A DNA stretch of 64,000 nucleotides from Eledone cirrhosa. Its lineage: Eukaryota. Position numbers and translations under genes: made by a program. The first letter of the stretch is position 1. Each line of letters starts with the position of its first letter. The stretch is from positions 289,354,001 to 289,418,000 of the forward strand of contig OZ024740.1 of NCBI GenBank assembly GCA_964016885.1, read 5' to 3'. A model generated the notes under the pieces. The model saw only the letters and a list, made by a program, of their open reading frames with translations. It was not told the origin of the DNA and searched no databases. Positions 1 to 13,793 of this stretch are shown one piece after another.

Positions 1-180
1 CATAAGGCCAGCAATTTTGGGGGAAGGAGAAGTCGATTAATCGACCTCAGTACTTACTGGTGCTTTATTTTATCGACCCTGTAAGGATGAAAGGGAAAGC
101 TAACCGTGTCGGGATTTGAACTCAGAACGTAAAGGGCCATAACTCTCTGACACAAAGCAGGGTGTCCGACGCTCTACCGA
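1..180 (-). mobile_element. tRNA-derived SINE, family A
   Basis: Carries the motif ggccagcaat...tttattttatcgaccc...aaggatgaaa...gggatttgaactcag seen many times in the window; the reverse complement has a B-box-like GAGTTCAAATCC. Confidence 0.8.
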
Positions 181-199
181 TTAATAATAATAATATTAC

Positions 200-375
200 T
201 TTTGACACAAGGCCAGCAAATAACCAGTACATTACTGGTACTTTATTTTATCGACCCCGTAAGGATGAAAGGCAAAGTAAACCTCGGCGAGATTTGAACT
301 CAGAATGGCAAGGGCCGTAACTATATGCGTCAAATCATGGTGTCCGACCTCTAATAATAGTACCAATCCACCAAT
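200..375 (-). mobile_element. SINE family A
   Basis: Same consensus as 1-180; (TAA)n-like tail at about 182-197. Confidence 0.8.
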
Positions 376-941
376 GATAGATCAACAGGGATAGGAAAGG
401 GCAAAAAGAAGGCAGAAGAGGCAATATGAAGAGAGAGAGAGAGAGAGAGAGAGAGTAAAGACAGGAGGAAGTATCAGAAAACTGACAGAATTCAACGAAT
501 GATAAAGAAAGAAGAAAAATGACCGAAAACATATAACTAAGGCTGTGAGAACATTGAAGGCTGAAGTGGGCAGAAAAAAGAAAACACAGAACAAAATAAT
601 AAAATAAATGGACTAGGCAAACAACATGGCAGACGACAGATCACTGAAAGCAGAAGACAGAAAATAAAAGATAGAAGATGAAATAAAAGAAGAGATGGAA
701 GAATACTTGCTACTTGATATAAGGTATTTATTAGCTTGTACAATAGTCGAATAACAAGTTCTGCATGTTTATATTTCATTGCTTTCCATTCCCAATTGTC
801 TCAGGTTTGTCTCCATTACGGCAGCTTTTACGGTCGTCTGCCCAAATATACACTGCAAATATTGGTTGTTAACTTAATCTCTAGCCAAACAAACAGTTCA
901 CGGCAATCAATGACCCAATACGCACCCACATCTCATTACAC

Positions 942-1042
942 GTATGTATGTATGTATGTATGTATGTATGTATGTATGTATGTATGTATGTATGTATGTA
1001 TGTATGTATGCATGTATGTATGTATGTATGTATGTATGTATG
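942..1042. repeat. (TATG)n microsatellite abutting the 3' end of an R4-like element
   Basis: Direct reading. Confidence 0.95.
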
Positions 1043-3497
1043 TTCTTCTAGGTTTTATAATTTCACAAACTTTTCCCAATAGAGAGAGAGTCGGTTTCTA
1101 ACATAGACACAAGACTCTCTCATTGGAATTTACACAACATCAACTAGGTAGATTATGTATGCATGCATGCATGTGTAGATATGGATGTTATTGTATGTGT
1201 GGATGTGTATGTTTTGAGTTGTATGTGTGCATGTGTATTTGCTTTGTATCTATACATGTGTATATGCAGTTATTAGATGCAACATTTTTGGAATGTTTTA
1301 CATATTTTTATTGTTCCATTAATGGATTGTACTTGTAATTTCCTAACTAGTTGTGTTCTTTCTGTTCCTGTGAAGCCTAGCTTCTCAAGATTTGTATTGA
1401 TGCAGTTACTAACATACCCCAGTCTCCCAATAATCACAGGCATAAATCTGAAGGTGTAATCAGGGTGGAGTATCTGCAGATTACTCATCAGTTCTGCATA
1501 AATATTCTCCTTTTCGCTAATCTTTTAAATTATATTGGCATTTGCTGGGCCGCTAATTTCCACTACTGTGCATGTTTTCTTCTCCCTGTCCCATATCATA
1601 ATATCTGGTCTGTTATGCCTGCATTTTATTGGGGTTTATACTGGAACATTCCACCGGTACTCTATCATGTTATGTACATGGATGTCTTTCACATTGCTGT
1701 AGCTTTTAATGTGTTTATTATCGGGGCTATCTTTTTTACGGATTGCATTGTAATGTTTTGGCCACTACATCATGCCTCGTAGGTAGATAGTACCGCGATG
1801 ACATCTTTGGACAGCTGCTGATGACATGGGTGATATCTTCGATGTTAGTTCTGCAGAGTCTGCACTTGTTATCACATCTAGGTGTTTTGCCTTTATCCCT
1901 ATCTGTTTTTTGAATCAGGTATTTCGTGTTAATTTCCTGTTCTTGGATTGCAAAAGCGTATCCTTCAAAGTGGGAGCCAATATAGCGGTTGTTGGTCCAA
2001 GATAGACTACTTTCCTTATCTATATTACTCTCACTCTGGAGCTTCCTGGCAACATGCATGATTTTTTGCTGATAAGCAGGCAGTCTTTCATCCGTGGATT
2101 CACTGCGATACTGCTGAGCGACTTCCCTGGGTGTGAGTTTTGATTATCACACAGGGAATATCTCTCGAGGAGTTCCTTCCCAACTCTCATAATCTTATCT
2201 GTTTCATGCAGATAGACTTACTCGAGAGACGGGCTCCTACGCTTCGCGGTTCGTAGATGTTGTCGGAGGGATATGATGCGACATTCAAATGCTGTCTGGA
2301 CTGATGTTAGGCCTCTGCCCCCCTGCTTACGTTTTAAGTAAAGGCGGTCTATGTCACTGTTGATGTGGAAGTTTCCGGTGTTGTTCTGTATTTTTCGAGT
2401 TCCAACATCAACTGCTCGGATTTCGTCTATCGTCCAATTGAGTATTCCAAACGTTGGTGTTAGGACAGGCACAGCAAACACATTGTGAGCCACTGTTTTA
2501 TTGTGCACAGAGAGTTCCGATGACCAAATCTTTCTTAATCGGGTGTAGTATTCCCTGGTTACGCGTTCCTTATTACTGATACCATTATAGAATATGTTAT
2601 CATCTATCTCCAGGTATCTGTAGCAGTCCTCATCAGATATCGGTGAAACAGTTAGGCCATTGATGACAATGTTGCTAGATTGGGTTGTTGTTTTTCCCCG
2701 CTTTGCAGTCATATATGAGCATTTACCTTGGCCAAACTCCATTCCTACATCCTTTGAGAACGTTGTAACCAGGTCAAGAGTGTTCTTCATCCCATCCATG
2801 TTCTTGGCATAGAGTTTCAGATCCTCCACAAAGAAATTATGGGTTAGGTTCGTAATTCTGTCCTCCTGTGAGCCAATGATGTATCCTTCACATTTCTTGA
2901 ACAGAAAGGACAGGGGGTTTAAATGACAGGATAAATAATATCACAGAGAGATTGTCTCCCTGTATACATCTTATATATCAATGGCATGCAATGGGTCGGT
3001 AGTTTTCTGCCAAGTGAGTGTCTTTGTTCTTGGGGACCAGTAATGTTTGTGCTAATGTCAACCATTCTGGTATAAGTGTATCTCTCTTAAGAACTTGTTG
3101 GTAGAGGTCAGTAAGATAGAATATCATTTTTTGTACCAGTAGCCGACAATCATGTCTCTTCCATGTGTTTTCTTATCTTGGAGTTTTTCTATCACAGTCT
3201 CAAGGGTGCCTTCACTTATTTCGTATGTTTTGGGTGTAGTGTAGGAGCAATAGTTCTTTCGGATTTCTTTTAGCCACTCTGCATCTTGGTTGAAATTCTT
3301 CTTTTCACCCCATATTTTGCTCCAAAAGGAATCTATGTCTTTCTGGGATGGGGCCTCAGTGACACTTATTATTTTGTTCTTCATATCTCTATAGACTGAT
3401 GTTTGGTTTCGTCTGAATCTTTTATTACGCACTTTTCTCTCATCTACCTTCTTCAGGTATCGGCGTTTTTCGCTAACAGCTCTCAATTCTTGCTTGA
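1043..3497 (-). mobile_element. R4/Dong-like non-LTR retrotransposon, TACA family A; decayed and internally deleted
   Basis: Minus ORF fragments include RT (EDLKLYAK), CCHC (CRLCRTNIEDITHVISSC), RHD and C-terminal KICKTFQK. Closely similar to 22711-25039. Confidence 0.9.
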
Positions 3498-3940
3498 GGG
3501 TAACATGTAACCCAGTACAACCTGTCGGGTCTCCGGCAACTAAACCGGCAACCCCACCAAGTTTACTTGGTGAGGAGGATGATTTTGGACACCCTGCAGG
3601 ACAAAAAAAACAAAACCTGACAAAGGGAGGAAGAACTCATAAGAGTCAACGGCCATCCAAAAGTGTGTAAATATGTATATACACATGTACATATGTATGT
3701 ATATGTGTATATAAATTCGTGTATGTATATGCGCGTGGACATAGAAAAAGTCAGGACATTCTTCTAGGAGAAGGCAACTCAGGAAACTGGGATAACTCCG
3801 ATATAAAACCTGCGGCTCAGTAGTTATCGATGATGTTCTTCTTTTCGGGTTATAGCTACTGTCGCTCAGAGAGTGGGATTGGCACAGTGCACAGTCTTTC
3901 CTCACTTTAAAAATATTCTTCACACACAGGCATTGCACGA
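3498..3940 (+). mobile_element. RTE 5'-UTR-derived short element
   Basis: Homologous to 38163-38500 (ctaaac.ggcaaccccaccaag; ctaggagaagg.aactc, a motif typical of RTE 5' UTRs). Confidence 0.65.
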
Positions 3941-3989
3941 TTGCATTAATTAATAATTATTAATGCAATCGTGCAATGCCTGTGCGTGG

Positions 3990-4190
3990 ATTGGCGGTGG
4001 ATTGGCAGTATCGGTAGAGGGTTGGACGCCATGCTTTGAAGCATAGTTACGTCCCTTTACGATCTGAGTTCAAATCCCGCCGAGGTTGACTTTGCCTTTC
4101 ATCCTTACGGGGTCTATAAAATAAAGTACCAGTAATGCACTTGGTAATTACTGGCCTTGTGCCTAAAGTAGAAACAATTATTATTATAAT
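3990..4190 (+). mobile_element. SINE family A
   Basis: ggcggtggattggcagtatcggtagagg...gagttcaaatcccgccgagg...tttcatccttacgggg. Confidence 0.85.
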
Positions 4191-4359
4191 TATTATTACT
4201 TTTTTTTCCCCAATTCAATGATGTTCCAAAACAATATAAAAGAGATAATTGGCAATAAGGGTTCTGGAACAAAATAGATAATTGGAAATAAGGGCAGGGG
4301 TCCCAGGGTATTACAGCATGGGTCCGCTCGTCATTGTGCCACTGTAATAGAGCCAAACA

Positions 4360-5370
4360 AGGCATTTAATATTGGCTGCTGGAACGTACTGACGCTACTT
4401 GACAGGGATTTCTTGGAACATCCTGAACGAAGGACCGCTCTTGTTGCAAAGGAGCTTCGATGTTACGATCTTGACATCGTAGTTTTATCTGAGACGAGGT
4501 TAGCTGGAGATGGTCATTTTACAGAATTTTGTGGATAATATACATTCTTCTGGAAAGGAAGAGATGAAGGAGCCAGAAGAGAGGCTGGGGTAGCAATTGC
4601 TGTTAAGACTGCTCTTGTGGATAAATTATAAGAATTTCCAGTGGGGATTAGTGAGCGTCTTATGTCCATGAGAATTCCGCTGGACAAAAGAAGATATGTC
4701 TTTTTACCATGCCTTGAAAGGTGTTTTAAGAAATATCCCTCAGGCAGACAAGGTCATCGTGCTTGGTGACTTTAATGCTAGAGTGGGTAGGGATTTTAAC
4801 ACATGGAATGTAATCGGAAGGCATGGGGTGGGAAAGTGTAACAACATGCTCCTGCTGCACATGTGTGAGGAGCTGGATCTGTGTGTTACCAACACGATGT
4901 TCCAACAAAAGAACAAATTTAAGACCACATGAATGCATCCTGCATCTAAGGAATGGCATCTTTTGGACTACGTCCTTGTCAGGATGCGTGACCGACGGGA
5001 TGTGCAGTCTGTTCGTGTTCTGTCGTAGGAAAATGTTTATATAGGGTGCTTCTGGACCGTCTGCTGACACACATTGCAAATTGTGTTCTTCCTGAAAGTC
5101 AATCTGGTTTTCGTGCTGGACGCGTCACTACTGATATGATGTTCTCAGCTAAACAGCTCCAGGAAAAGTGCATGGAACAAGGTTTGGATCTGCATCAGGT
5201 TTTTGTCGATCTGACAAAAGCTTTCGATACTGTTAACAGACATGCATTGTGGAAGTTCTCCAGAAACTTGGTTGCCCTGATATGTTCCTTGCTTTGGTTA
5301 GGTCTTTCCATGACGATATGAAGGATTAGGTTAATGTCAGAGGTAACATGTCGGAGCCTATCCTCGTATA
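4360..5370 (+). pseudogene. Decayed RTE LINE (APE endonuclease + RT fragments)
   Basis: Translates to IGCWNVLTL, SETRL, LGDFNARVG, LPESQSGFR, FVDLTKAFDTV. RT part resembles 21250-21600 (minus). Confidence 0.9.
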
Positions 5371-5499
5371 TGTATTAACAATAGGCTTTCAATATCCTTT
5401 TTCCAGTTAGGATGGCAAATTCCAACAAAAGTGTTTTATCAAGTCGGCTCGATAAAATAAGTAACAGAAAAATCTGTACTAGAATCGATATTATCGACT

Positions 5500-7040
5500 A
5501 AATCAATGCACTGTCTCAACAATAAGGGACAGAATTTCCGACGCAAGAACATGTGCACCCATTTTCGGCGGTTACGAGGTGCACGCATCTTCAAGCCATT
5601 CCGGATCTGGGGTCGGAGTCGCTATGTTATTTCGGAAAGCCCTAGATCTCGCAATTCGGACTATTTTATTGGATCCAGAAAGTAAGTTACTGGTGCTGGA
5701 CATGACCTGCAGAGAAGAGCAAGCCTTCAGGCTTATGGCCGTCTATGACTCTATGCATGACAGTATGATTTCTTTAGGCACCTTGAGACCCTTCTAGAAA
5801 CGTCCCGCTCTATAGTGTTAATAGGCGACTGGAATGGTATCTTGGATACACGCTGAGACTAGGAGGAGGGTGTAAAGGCCTCTCTAACCTGTTCAGACGC
5901 TTCCAACTGTCTAACAGGTACCGATTGGATTTTGAGAATGTGCCAATGTGGATATGGACAACCGTATCAGGTCATCCAAATGGTATCTAGATCAGAGATT
6001 CTGTAGAGAAAAAGGTAAATCTAATATAGGATGTCCACAATTAAAAGTAGTCGAGTACACTGACCACAAATTTGTGATCTGTGTAGTCGATCTAGATAGG
6101 CTTCATACATAAGGACTAGGTTACTGGAAGCTGAACGCGCCGTTCATAGGGCACAAAGATTACAAAGACCGGATTAGTACATTAGTTAAGCGGGCGTTGA
6201 CGGGGGCAATCGTTAACAACAACTCATGGTTCGCTTTTAAAAGGGCTATTAGAGCAGAATCGATAAAGTTGACTAAAGCTGTAACAACAGAAAAACTAGA
6301 GCAGAGGGAGAGCTAGTTAGAAAACTAGTAGAAGCGCGTGCTCATAGACACGAGAGGACGAAGGCTGTTCGATAGGCTTGAGTGGCAGAAACATGGCAGC
6401 AGAACAAGAGAATTTCTATTTCTGTGAACCAATGGGCGGTAGTGTTGCTAAGTAACCTGGCATGAGTGGAGCCCTGATTAAATTAGATCAATCAAAAGCT
6501 TTCAATCGGGTCGACCATCGCTACCTAGCGGCAGTCCTCAAAGCAGCCGACTTCGGACTCGTTTTCAGAGGATAGATCGCTACAATGCACAGCGACATCT
6601 GCTCTGTGGTTAGAGTAAACGATCACCTTTTGGAACATTTCAACATCATGCGCTCGATCCACCAAAGTTGTTTCCTCTCGTACCATTTGTGTGACTCTCG
6701 TGCCATTACTACAAAATTTGGAGACGTTGAAGGGCCATAGATAACTTCCGGAAATCCCTGGCCTGGCAATGCTACCGACGAGTTTTTGCCGGTTCGATAT
6801 AAACTCTACAGGCATGGAATTACCGCCAGCCAAGCCTGTCCGAAATGCGCAGACGGCGATGAAACCGCCCTGCACACACTCATCTGACTTGTGGGTTTAT
6901 GTTGAACACTTACGAACTGAGTTCATTGTGAAGATCACGCCATCGACTTCCTTCAAAGTGGAAGAACAGGCAGGTTTTCTATGCCTGGTGGCTATGGTGA
7001 AAGAGTCATTTAGTGGACGCGTTTGAAAGGGTTAAAGACA
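5500..7040 (+). pseudogene. Decayed Tx1/L1-clade LINE
   Basis: APE motifs (GVAMLF, IGDWN, TDH, GYWKLN), RT (LDQSKAFNRVDH) and zf-RVT-like LPVRYKLYRHG...CPKC...ETALH; many stops and deletions. Confidence 0.75.
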
Positions 7041-7550
7041 AGCACTTTCGTCAATAAATATTTCTCGACTAGAGTTAACACATAAAGTTATATAAAGGTG
7101 ACACCATGAATATAAGCTATAGATGTAAGTATATAACCAGAGTATATAACCACAACAACGACAAATACCAACAGCTAAAAGAAACAACTCAACTGGACTG
7201 ATTAAGGTTTCTAGAACTCCGAAAATAAAGTCTTACGAGTTGCAATGTGCATATGCAAGTCGTAAGTGCATCTAGCAGTTGTTACCCAATAGAAGAAGAG
7301 CTCCATCATCAACAAGTCTTCGTTCGATAAATCCGCCTCCTATCCTGCATGGCTGCAAAATGATGACTGAATCTAGTGAAAGAATACAAGAGCAAAAGAA
7401 TAAGAGCACCCTCTCTATGTTTAGTTGCTCATGGTTCTCAATTGAATTTAATGATGACTATCGTCTTCCTTTACGGATTCTTTGATGAGTGTACATCCCA
7501 CACCAAGTCCTTCTTCAATTGTCATCCAAGATCTGTTGTATTGATTAAAC

Positions 7551-7755
7551 CAGCGTTTCTAAACCCTTTTACACTTATGGAACCCTTGAAATGGTTCTCA
7601 TGTCTCAGGGAATCCCTATATGAAAATTATTATATACCATTATTAATATGCATTAGCTTCTTTATGCATTAGATTATTTATCATTTTCTTAAGGAACCCC
7701 TAGCGACCTCTTGCGGAAACCTGGGGTTCCGGGGAACACCGGTCGAGAAACGTTG
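7551..7755. mobile_element. hAT-type MITE
   Basis: Termini CAGCGTTTCTAAACC / GGTCGAGAAACGTTG; imperfect 8-bp TSD gattaaac / gattagag. Confidence 0.7.
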
Positions 7756-7999
7756 GATTAGAGAGTATGCTTCTCTAAGGAGATAAAATACGGCCAAAAA
7801 CATAACCAGAATTGTCTCCTTACTCTAAAAGATCGTACTCGCTTGCCACTGCATCCCATCTAATTTTGATTGAATCAAATGTTTAGGTTCTCTCCCCTTG
7901 CCTTTTTGACCGGAAATTAGAAAATAATTTGTCTTATCGCTAAATATGTAATTCTAATTAATTAGCATTCCTATAACAAGTACGCTGGCACCCACTCTA

Positions 8000-8790
<791 letters not shown>

Positions 8791-9004
8791 CATGACACAC
8801 ACTGAGGCTATGCTACTACAACATTAACACACATATCAATTCTACTGCACATTAACACCATCTGCAATCAGTGCATTTATTGATTTCCACAGTTGACCTA
8901 CTTTTGTGCAACTTCCTCTCAAGCAACGCGGTGTCCCTTTTACTGTAATCTCTACCTAAAATGTCTCCTTATATGTATACATAGAGAATAGTAAAATGGA
9001 CCTC

Positions 9005-9215
9005 AGTCGGTTTCGACGATGAGTGTTCCAGTCATTCGTTCAACAGAATAACCTGGTTCGTGAAATTAACGTGCACGTGACAGAGCATTCAACAGACACG
9101 TGCACCCTTATAGTTCTCAGAGAGATCCAGCATGAAAGAAGGTGTGACAAAACTGGCCTTTTGAATTACAGGTACAACTCATTTTTGTTAGCTAAGTGGA
9201 CTATAGCAGCATGAA
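9005..9215 (-). mobile_element. SINE family B fragment
   Basis: Similar to 14040-14220 and to 55630-55730 / 56090-56250. Confidence 0.6.
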
Positions 9216-9219
9216 ATAA

Positions 9220-9425
9220 TGGTTTCTGATTTAGGCACAAGGCCTAGGGAAGGAAAAGTCGATTAAATCGACACCAGTGCGTTACTGGTACTTTATTTTA
9301 TCGACCCCGTAAGGATGAAAGGCAAAGCTAACCGTAGCGGGATTTGAACTCAGAACATAAAGGGCTGCAACTCTATGCTGCGAAGCATGTTGTCCGACGT
9401 TCTACAGATACTACCAATTCCCCAA
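9220..9425 (-). mobile_element. SINE family A
   Basis: Consensus match. Confidence 0.85.
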
Positions 9426-10249
9426 TAATGTGTCTTGACAACATCCAAACTAATGAAACCATAAGCTACCACATACGACGATATAAAGTGTATCTGAAAT
9501 AATAGTCTCTTTCAGATATCTAGTGTTACCTTTACTTAAACATTAAAAAAAAAAATCTTCTTTTCAAGAGTGTTCGACTGCCTTTAGATCTCACTTGGCA
9601 CTTGGCTCCACGAACTGTTTGCATTCAGTAGTGCGTCACCTTCTGGGCAACGGAGTTGGCAGGCAAGGTAAACCAGGTGAACCAGGTATCCGACAAGTCT
9701 TTATTTCTTAGTGAATTTATTGAAGGTCTTGTCGTCCTGCGCATATGAAGACTGGATTTTCAATGGACAGTGCGGAGGAAACCTAGCTATCTGCGGTCAA
9801 ATTGCAGTAGACAGAGAGGTGATAATCAGCGACGTCGTTGTGGTTGCCTGCCTGCCTCCGAATACGGAAATATATGTAGATCGCCTTGACCATCCTCCTT
9901 ATTCTCAGCTACATCCCTAGTCAACTTGATCTGCCTTACAGCTAGGCCAGAATTCATGCAGGAGAGAATGAGGCTGGTCATCCAGTGCGGCTAGCTCTCG
10001 CTATAATCCAAGTACAGGGTACACAAAGATTCGAACTTATTGGAATCACAAACTGATGGTAGGCGTTTGGTCTGGGAATAACGCGCACACATGGCAATGG
10101 AATACTGCCTCTTCTGTAGTTTTCTCACGCGTAGGGGTACTCAGAAGGTGTAATACAGGTGAAGCCTGACGCCATTTTCTGTTTACCTGCGAAACTACGT
10201 CATCCATTGCTGATGCCCTATAAGACATCTAGTTTTCTTCTTCTCTGAC

Positions 10250-10580
10250 GCCTTTCGGCCACGAATGACCATGGTATTTGCACCTAGAAAGTTTCCCTCC
10301 GTGGCACAAGTCTAGGCAAGGTTGTTTGTGGAAGACCAGCAGTCGCCCTTGCATACCAGCCTCCCCTCTCCACGCCACCGATGATGTCCAAGGGAAAGGC
10401 TATGGCCGATACAGTTTAGCACCAGTGACATCGCAACTCATTTCTACAGCTGAATAAACTGGAGCAACGTGAAATAAAGTGTCTTGACAAGGCCACAACG
10501 CATCACCCGGTCCGAGAATCGGACTCACAACCTTTCGATTGCAAGTCCAATGCTCTAACCACTAAGTCATGCGCCTTCAT
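10250..10580 (-). mobile_element. tRNA-derived SINE family C
   Basis: Reverse complement has a tRNA-like head (tagtggttagagc...gagtccgattctcgg); homologous to 53215-53505 on the plus strand. Confidence 0.75.
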
Positions 10581-10689
10581 CTAGTGGTTGTTTAAGATGT
10601 GGTCTCATGGTTAACATTGAAAATGAAGGACGAACATGTCACCAACCGTTGTAAGTTGTTAGTATGTGAAGCTAAGCGTCTTTAGCGAT

Positions 10690-10955
10690 TATAATAATAA
10701 TAATGAAAATATTGTGTACAGTACTCAGGTGCACTACACCTCATCAAAAGTGTATGTTTAGTACATAGGGGTAATGTAAAAACGTCAGGAAAATGAACAG
10801 TGCATGAGTCATGATATACACATGTGTGCATGTGTATAGAATGGGGACATCAGGTGTTGTTTTGGCGAATTTCGGGAAGCATGAGGGTTTTAAAAGGATG
10901 CAGTGTCTCGACAGCTAACAACTGACGCAGGCAGCTTGTTCCATGCTTCAGCAAT
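10690..10955 (-). mobile_element. 3' end of a CR1/L2-like LINE
   Basis: Minus translation WNKLPASVVSCRD, followed by a UTR and a (TTA)n tail; the same tip recurs at about 36655-36700. Confidence 0.55.
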
Positions 10956-11121
10956 TATCTAGGTACTGTTCTAATTAAACTTTCTCTCCACACTAACTAT
11001 CCTCTCCATACTATATCCTTTCTCTCCACACTATAGCTTTCCTCTATATTTCCCTATGTTAGCGTGGAATATGGACGTTAAACGATGATGATGATGATGA
11101 TGATGATGATATATATATATC

Positions 11122-11156
<35 letters not shown>

Positions 11157-11160
<4 letters not shown>

Positions 11161-11310
11161 GAAAAGATTCAGGACCCCGACGGCTAGATCGAAACGGCCG
11201 CAGCTTAGCCGTCGGGGTCCTGAGTGTTTTCATATTACCCACTCTACTACCCCAAGTATCGAGTACTCTGGTGGGTTATGGTCTACCTGGTTTTCACCAC
11301 ATCCTATCTG
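11157..11310. mobile_element. Short Penelope pLTR remnant with inversion (half hammerhead)
   Basis: gaccccgacggc ... GAAAcggc-loop-gccgTCggggtc; homologous to 34890-35085, 50556-50692 and 59112-59285; (TA)n on both sides. Confidence 0.7.
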
Positions 11311-11429
11311 ATATATATATATATAATATGTGTGTGTGTGTGTGTAAACGTTTATGATATTGTTATCAAAGTATTTTGTCAAACATATCTGATATGGTGA
11401 TTGATATTGTACCTTTCTGTAATAAAGAA

Positions 11430-11805
11430 TAATTGTTTTTACTTTCTGGCACAAGGCCAGCAATTACCCCAGTGTATTACTGGTACTTTATTTTATCGAC
11501 TCCGTAAGGATGAAAGGCAAAGTTAACCTCGGCGGGATTTGAACTCAGTCCGTAAAGGGACGTAACTGTGCTGCAAAGCATGGCTCCGACCCTCTACCGA
11601 TACTGCCAATCCAATAAAGAATAATTGTTTCTACTTTAGGCACAAGGCCAGCAATTACCCCAGTGTATTACTGGTACTTTATTTTATCGACTCCGTAAGG
11701 ATGAAAGGCAAAGTCAACCTCGGCGGGATTTGAACTCAGATCGTAAAGGGACGTAACTATGCTGGAAAGCATGGCGTCCGACCCTCTACCGATACTGCAA
11801 ATCCA
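11430..11805 (-). mobile_element. Two tandem SINE family A copies
   Basis: Near-identical direct duplication of about 190 bp. Confidence 0.9.
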
Positions 11806-12155
11806 AAAGAATAATGTTATAATTATAAACACGATTGAGTATGCTCATTGTTAATGTCGACTAGGAATTTACCTTGTATATATATATACATACAAACTCA
11901 CACACACATATATATATATGTAAACACTGTGAAACTTTTATAATGCATAGCATTATATATAATTTCCAATGACGCCTTTTTTGTTTCTTGGTTGGAGACC
12001 GTCTGCTTATTTGTTGCAGATTTTTTATGAATAAAACATGAAAGACTATAATGCATACATACAAGCATACATGCAAATGTACATACGTACATACACAGAT
12101 AGATAGATACATACGTAATACATACATAATACATACATGCATACATAAATACATA

Positions 12156-12290
12156 CGAGGTTCGGGTGAAAAGTTCATAGGCTGACTATGACAGAGTGAT
12201 GCTAAAGCTGTGAAATCTTCCATGCATTAATTTCAACTCTTCTTAGTAATAACCGCATTGTTTCTTTGCAGGGACTAAGTTGAAAAATAA
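12156..12290. mobile_element. Mariner-like MITE fragment
   Basis: TA|CGAGGTTCGGGTGAAAAGTTCATAGGC matches the TIR of 31066-31263. Confidence 0.6.
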
Positions 12291-12334
12291 TCCCCATTTG
12301 GTAGTTGCCCACTTGGTGTCAACGTTGTAAGAAA

Positions 12335-12615
12335 AAATATAAGATACACCTTTAGCGCTTCATACCCATCATTAATGGAGCTACGGGTTATATACCAACC
12401 CGCTTGGACCAAAGTATAACTGAACTTGGATTTGTGGACAAAGAGTGCAGCTCCATAATCCATAGACTAAAAATGGCTGCGATAGCTGACACCTTCAACA
12501 TTTTGCGAAACATACTTGCGATTCAAGGGAAGACAGTTTCTTTTCTTTTAAAACCTTGCCACCAGGAAGGTGGCCGGTCAAAAATGTACTCGAAATGAAG
12601 AGAAAGAGAAACTTA
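12335..12615 (+). mobile_element. 3' fragment of R4-like TACA family B
   Basis: Reverse-complement match to 40438-40710; ends gagaaagagaaac followed by a TACA-like tail. Confidence 0.85.
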
Positions 12616-12654
12616 CATATATGCATGCATACATACATATCTTCATACATACAT

Positions 12655-12838
12655 AATTATTTCTACTTTAGGCACAAGGCCAGCAATTACCCTGTGCATT
12701 ACTGGTACTTTATTTTATCGACCCCGTAAGGATGAAAGGCAAAGTCAACCTCGGCGGGATTTGAACTCAGATCGTAAAGGGACGTAACTATGCTGGAAAG
12801 CATAGCTTCCGACCCTCTACTGATACTGCCAATCCACA
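12655..12838 (-). mobile_element. SINE family A
   Basis: Consensus match. Confidence 0.85.
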
Positions 12839-12854
12839 GCCCTTCATACATACA

Positions 12855-13200
12855 TAATGGCTGCATGTCAATTTCAAGAATTGCCATCCCTTGTCCTTTT
12901 TCTCATATATAGGAGGCGGGAACACGACGTTTCAGGATATGCTGCATTGGAAGAAAAAAAGGCCATCCTCACGCAACACATGTGAAAGTCGTTTACATCA
13001 AGCGATGCCTGCGCTTGAAGCTTTTTTTAAGTGAAGAAAGGCCTTGCACTGGACCAATCCCACTCTCTGATTAACGGCGGCAGGTCTCCAAAAAGAACAG
13101 GTTAGCATAATTTGTCTGCATTCGCAGCTTTTACATTAGAGTTTTCTTCTACTAGGGGTCTCTCACTCCCTGTGGATTAACCACGCCCTCAGGCACCAAA
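12855..13200 (-). mobile_element. RTE-derived short element
   Basis: Minus 3' end ...gcagccattatgtatg; internal atgcctg.gc..gaagc...ccaatcccactct shared with 14978-15143 and 25130-25412. Confidence 0.6.
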
Positions 13201-13338
13201 CTGAGTATGCCCATTTCCCCGCGCATACATACCCACACATATACATATATACGTACCTACCTATCCACCTAACTACCTACATATGCATACATACATATAT
13301 ACATACATATATATACATACATACATATATACATACAT

Positions 13339-13423
<85 letters not shown>

Positions 13424-13594
13424 AGTATAAATGCGAGGAAAGAATAGACAAAGAATTACCTATTTTTTTCAGTCCCTACTGCAGTTTCATCGTTGCAACA
13501 TCGTTGCACCAGAGAAGTGCACCAACGTTGTGTGGTTGTCAAATCTTCAGGAGACCCCTCTTTGTATGAACTGTATCCTGACCCGAACCGTAAG

Positions 13595-13793
13595 AAAGTG
13601 AATATTTCTCTGGAGGGAGAAACCGTCACGTGGTATAGGTCACAATTCCCAACTCCTTTTTTGGTAGAGTTAATTAGGCGGGTGCCGGCTGCTTTTTCTA
13701 GCAGATGTGGCACTCGCCCAATGCTTAACTTTTGCTTCCAATCTGTGACTTATACCACGTGATGATTTCTCCCTCCAGAGAAATATTTACTTT
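13595..13793. repeat. ~200-bp foldback (MITE-like)
   Basis: 13595-13644 is the reverse complement of 13744-13793 with few mismatches; the interior also pairs (ggcgggtgcc / ggcactcgcc). Confidence 0.85.

Noticed and set aside
3990-4085. SINE heads as tRNA genes
   Set aside because: A/B-box-like motifs only; no cloverleaf, and they continue into the SINE body.
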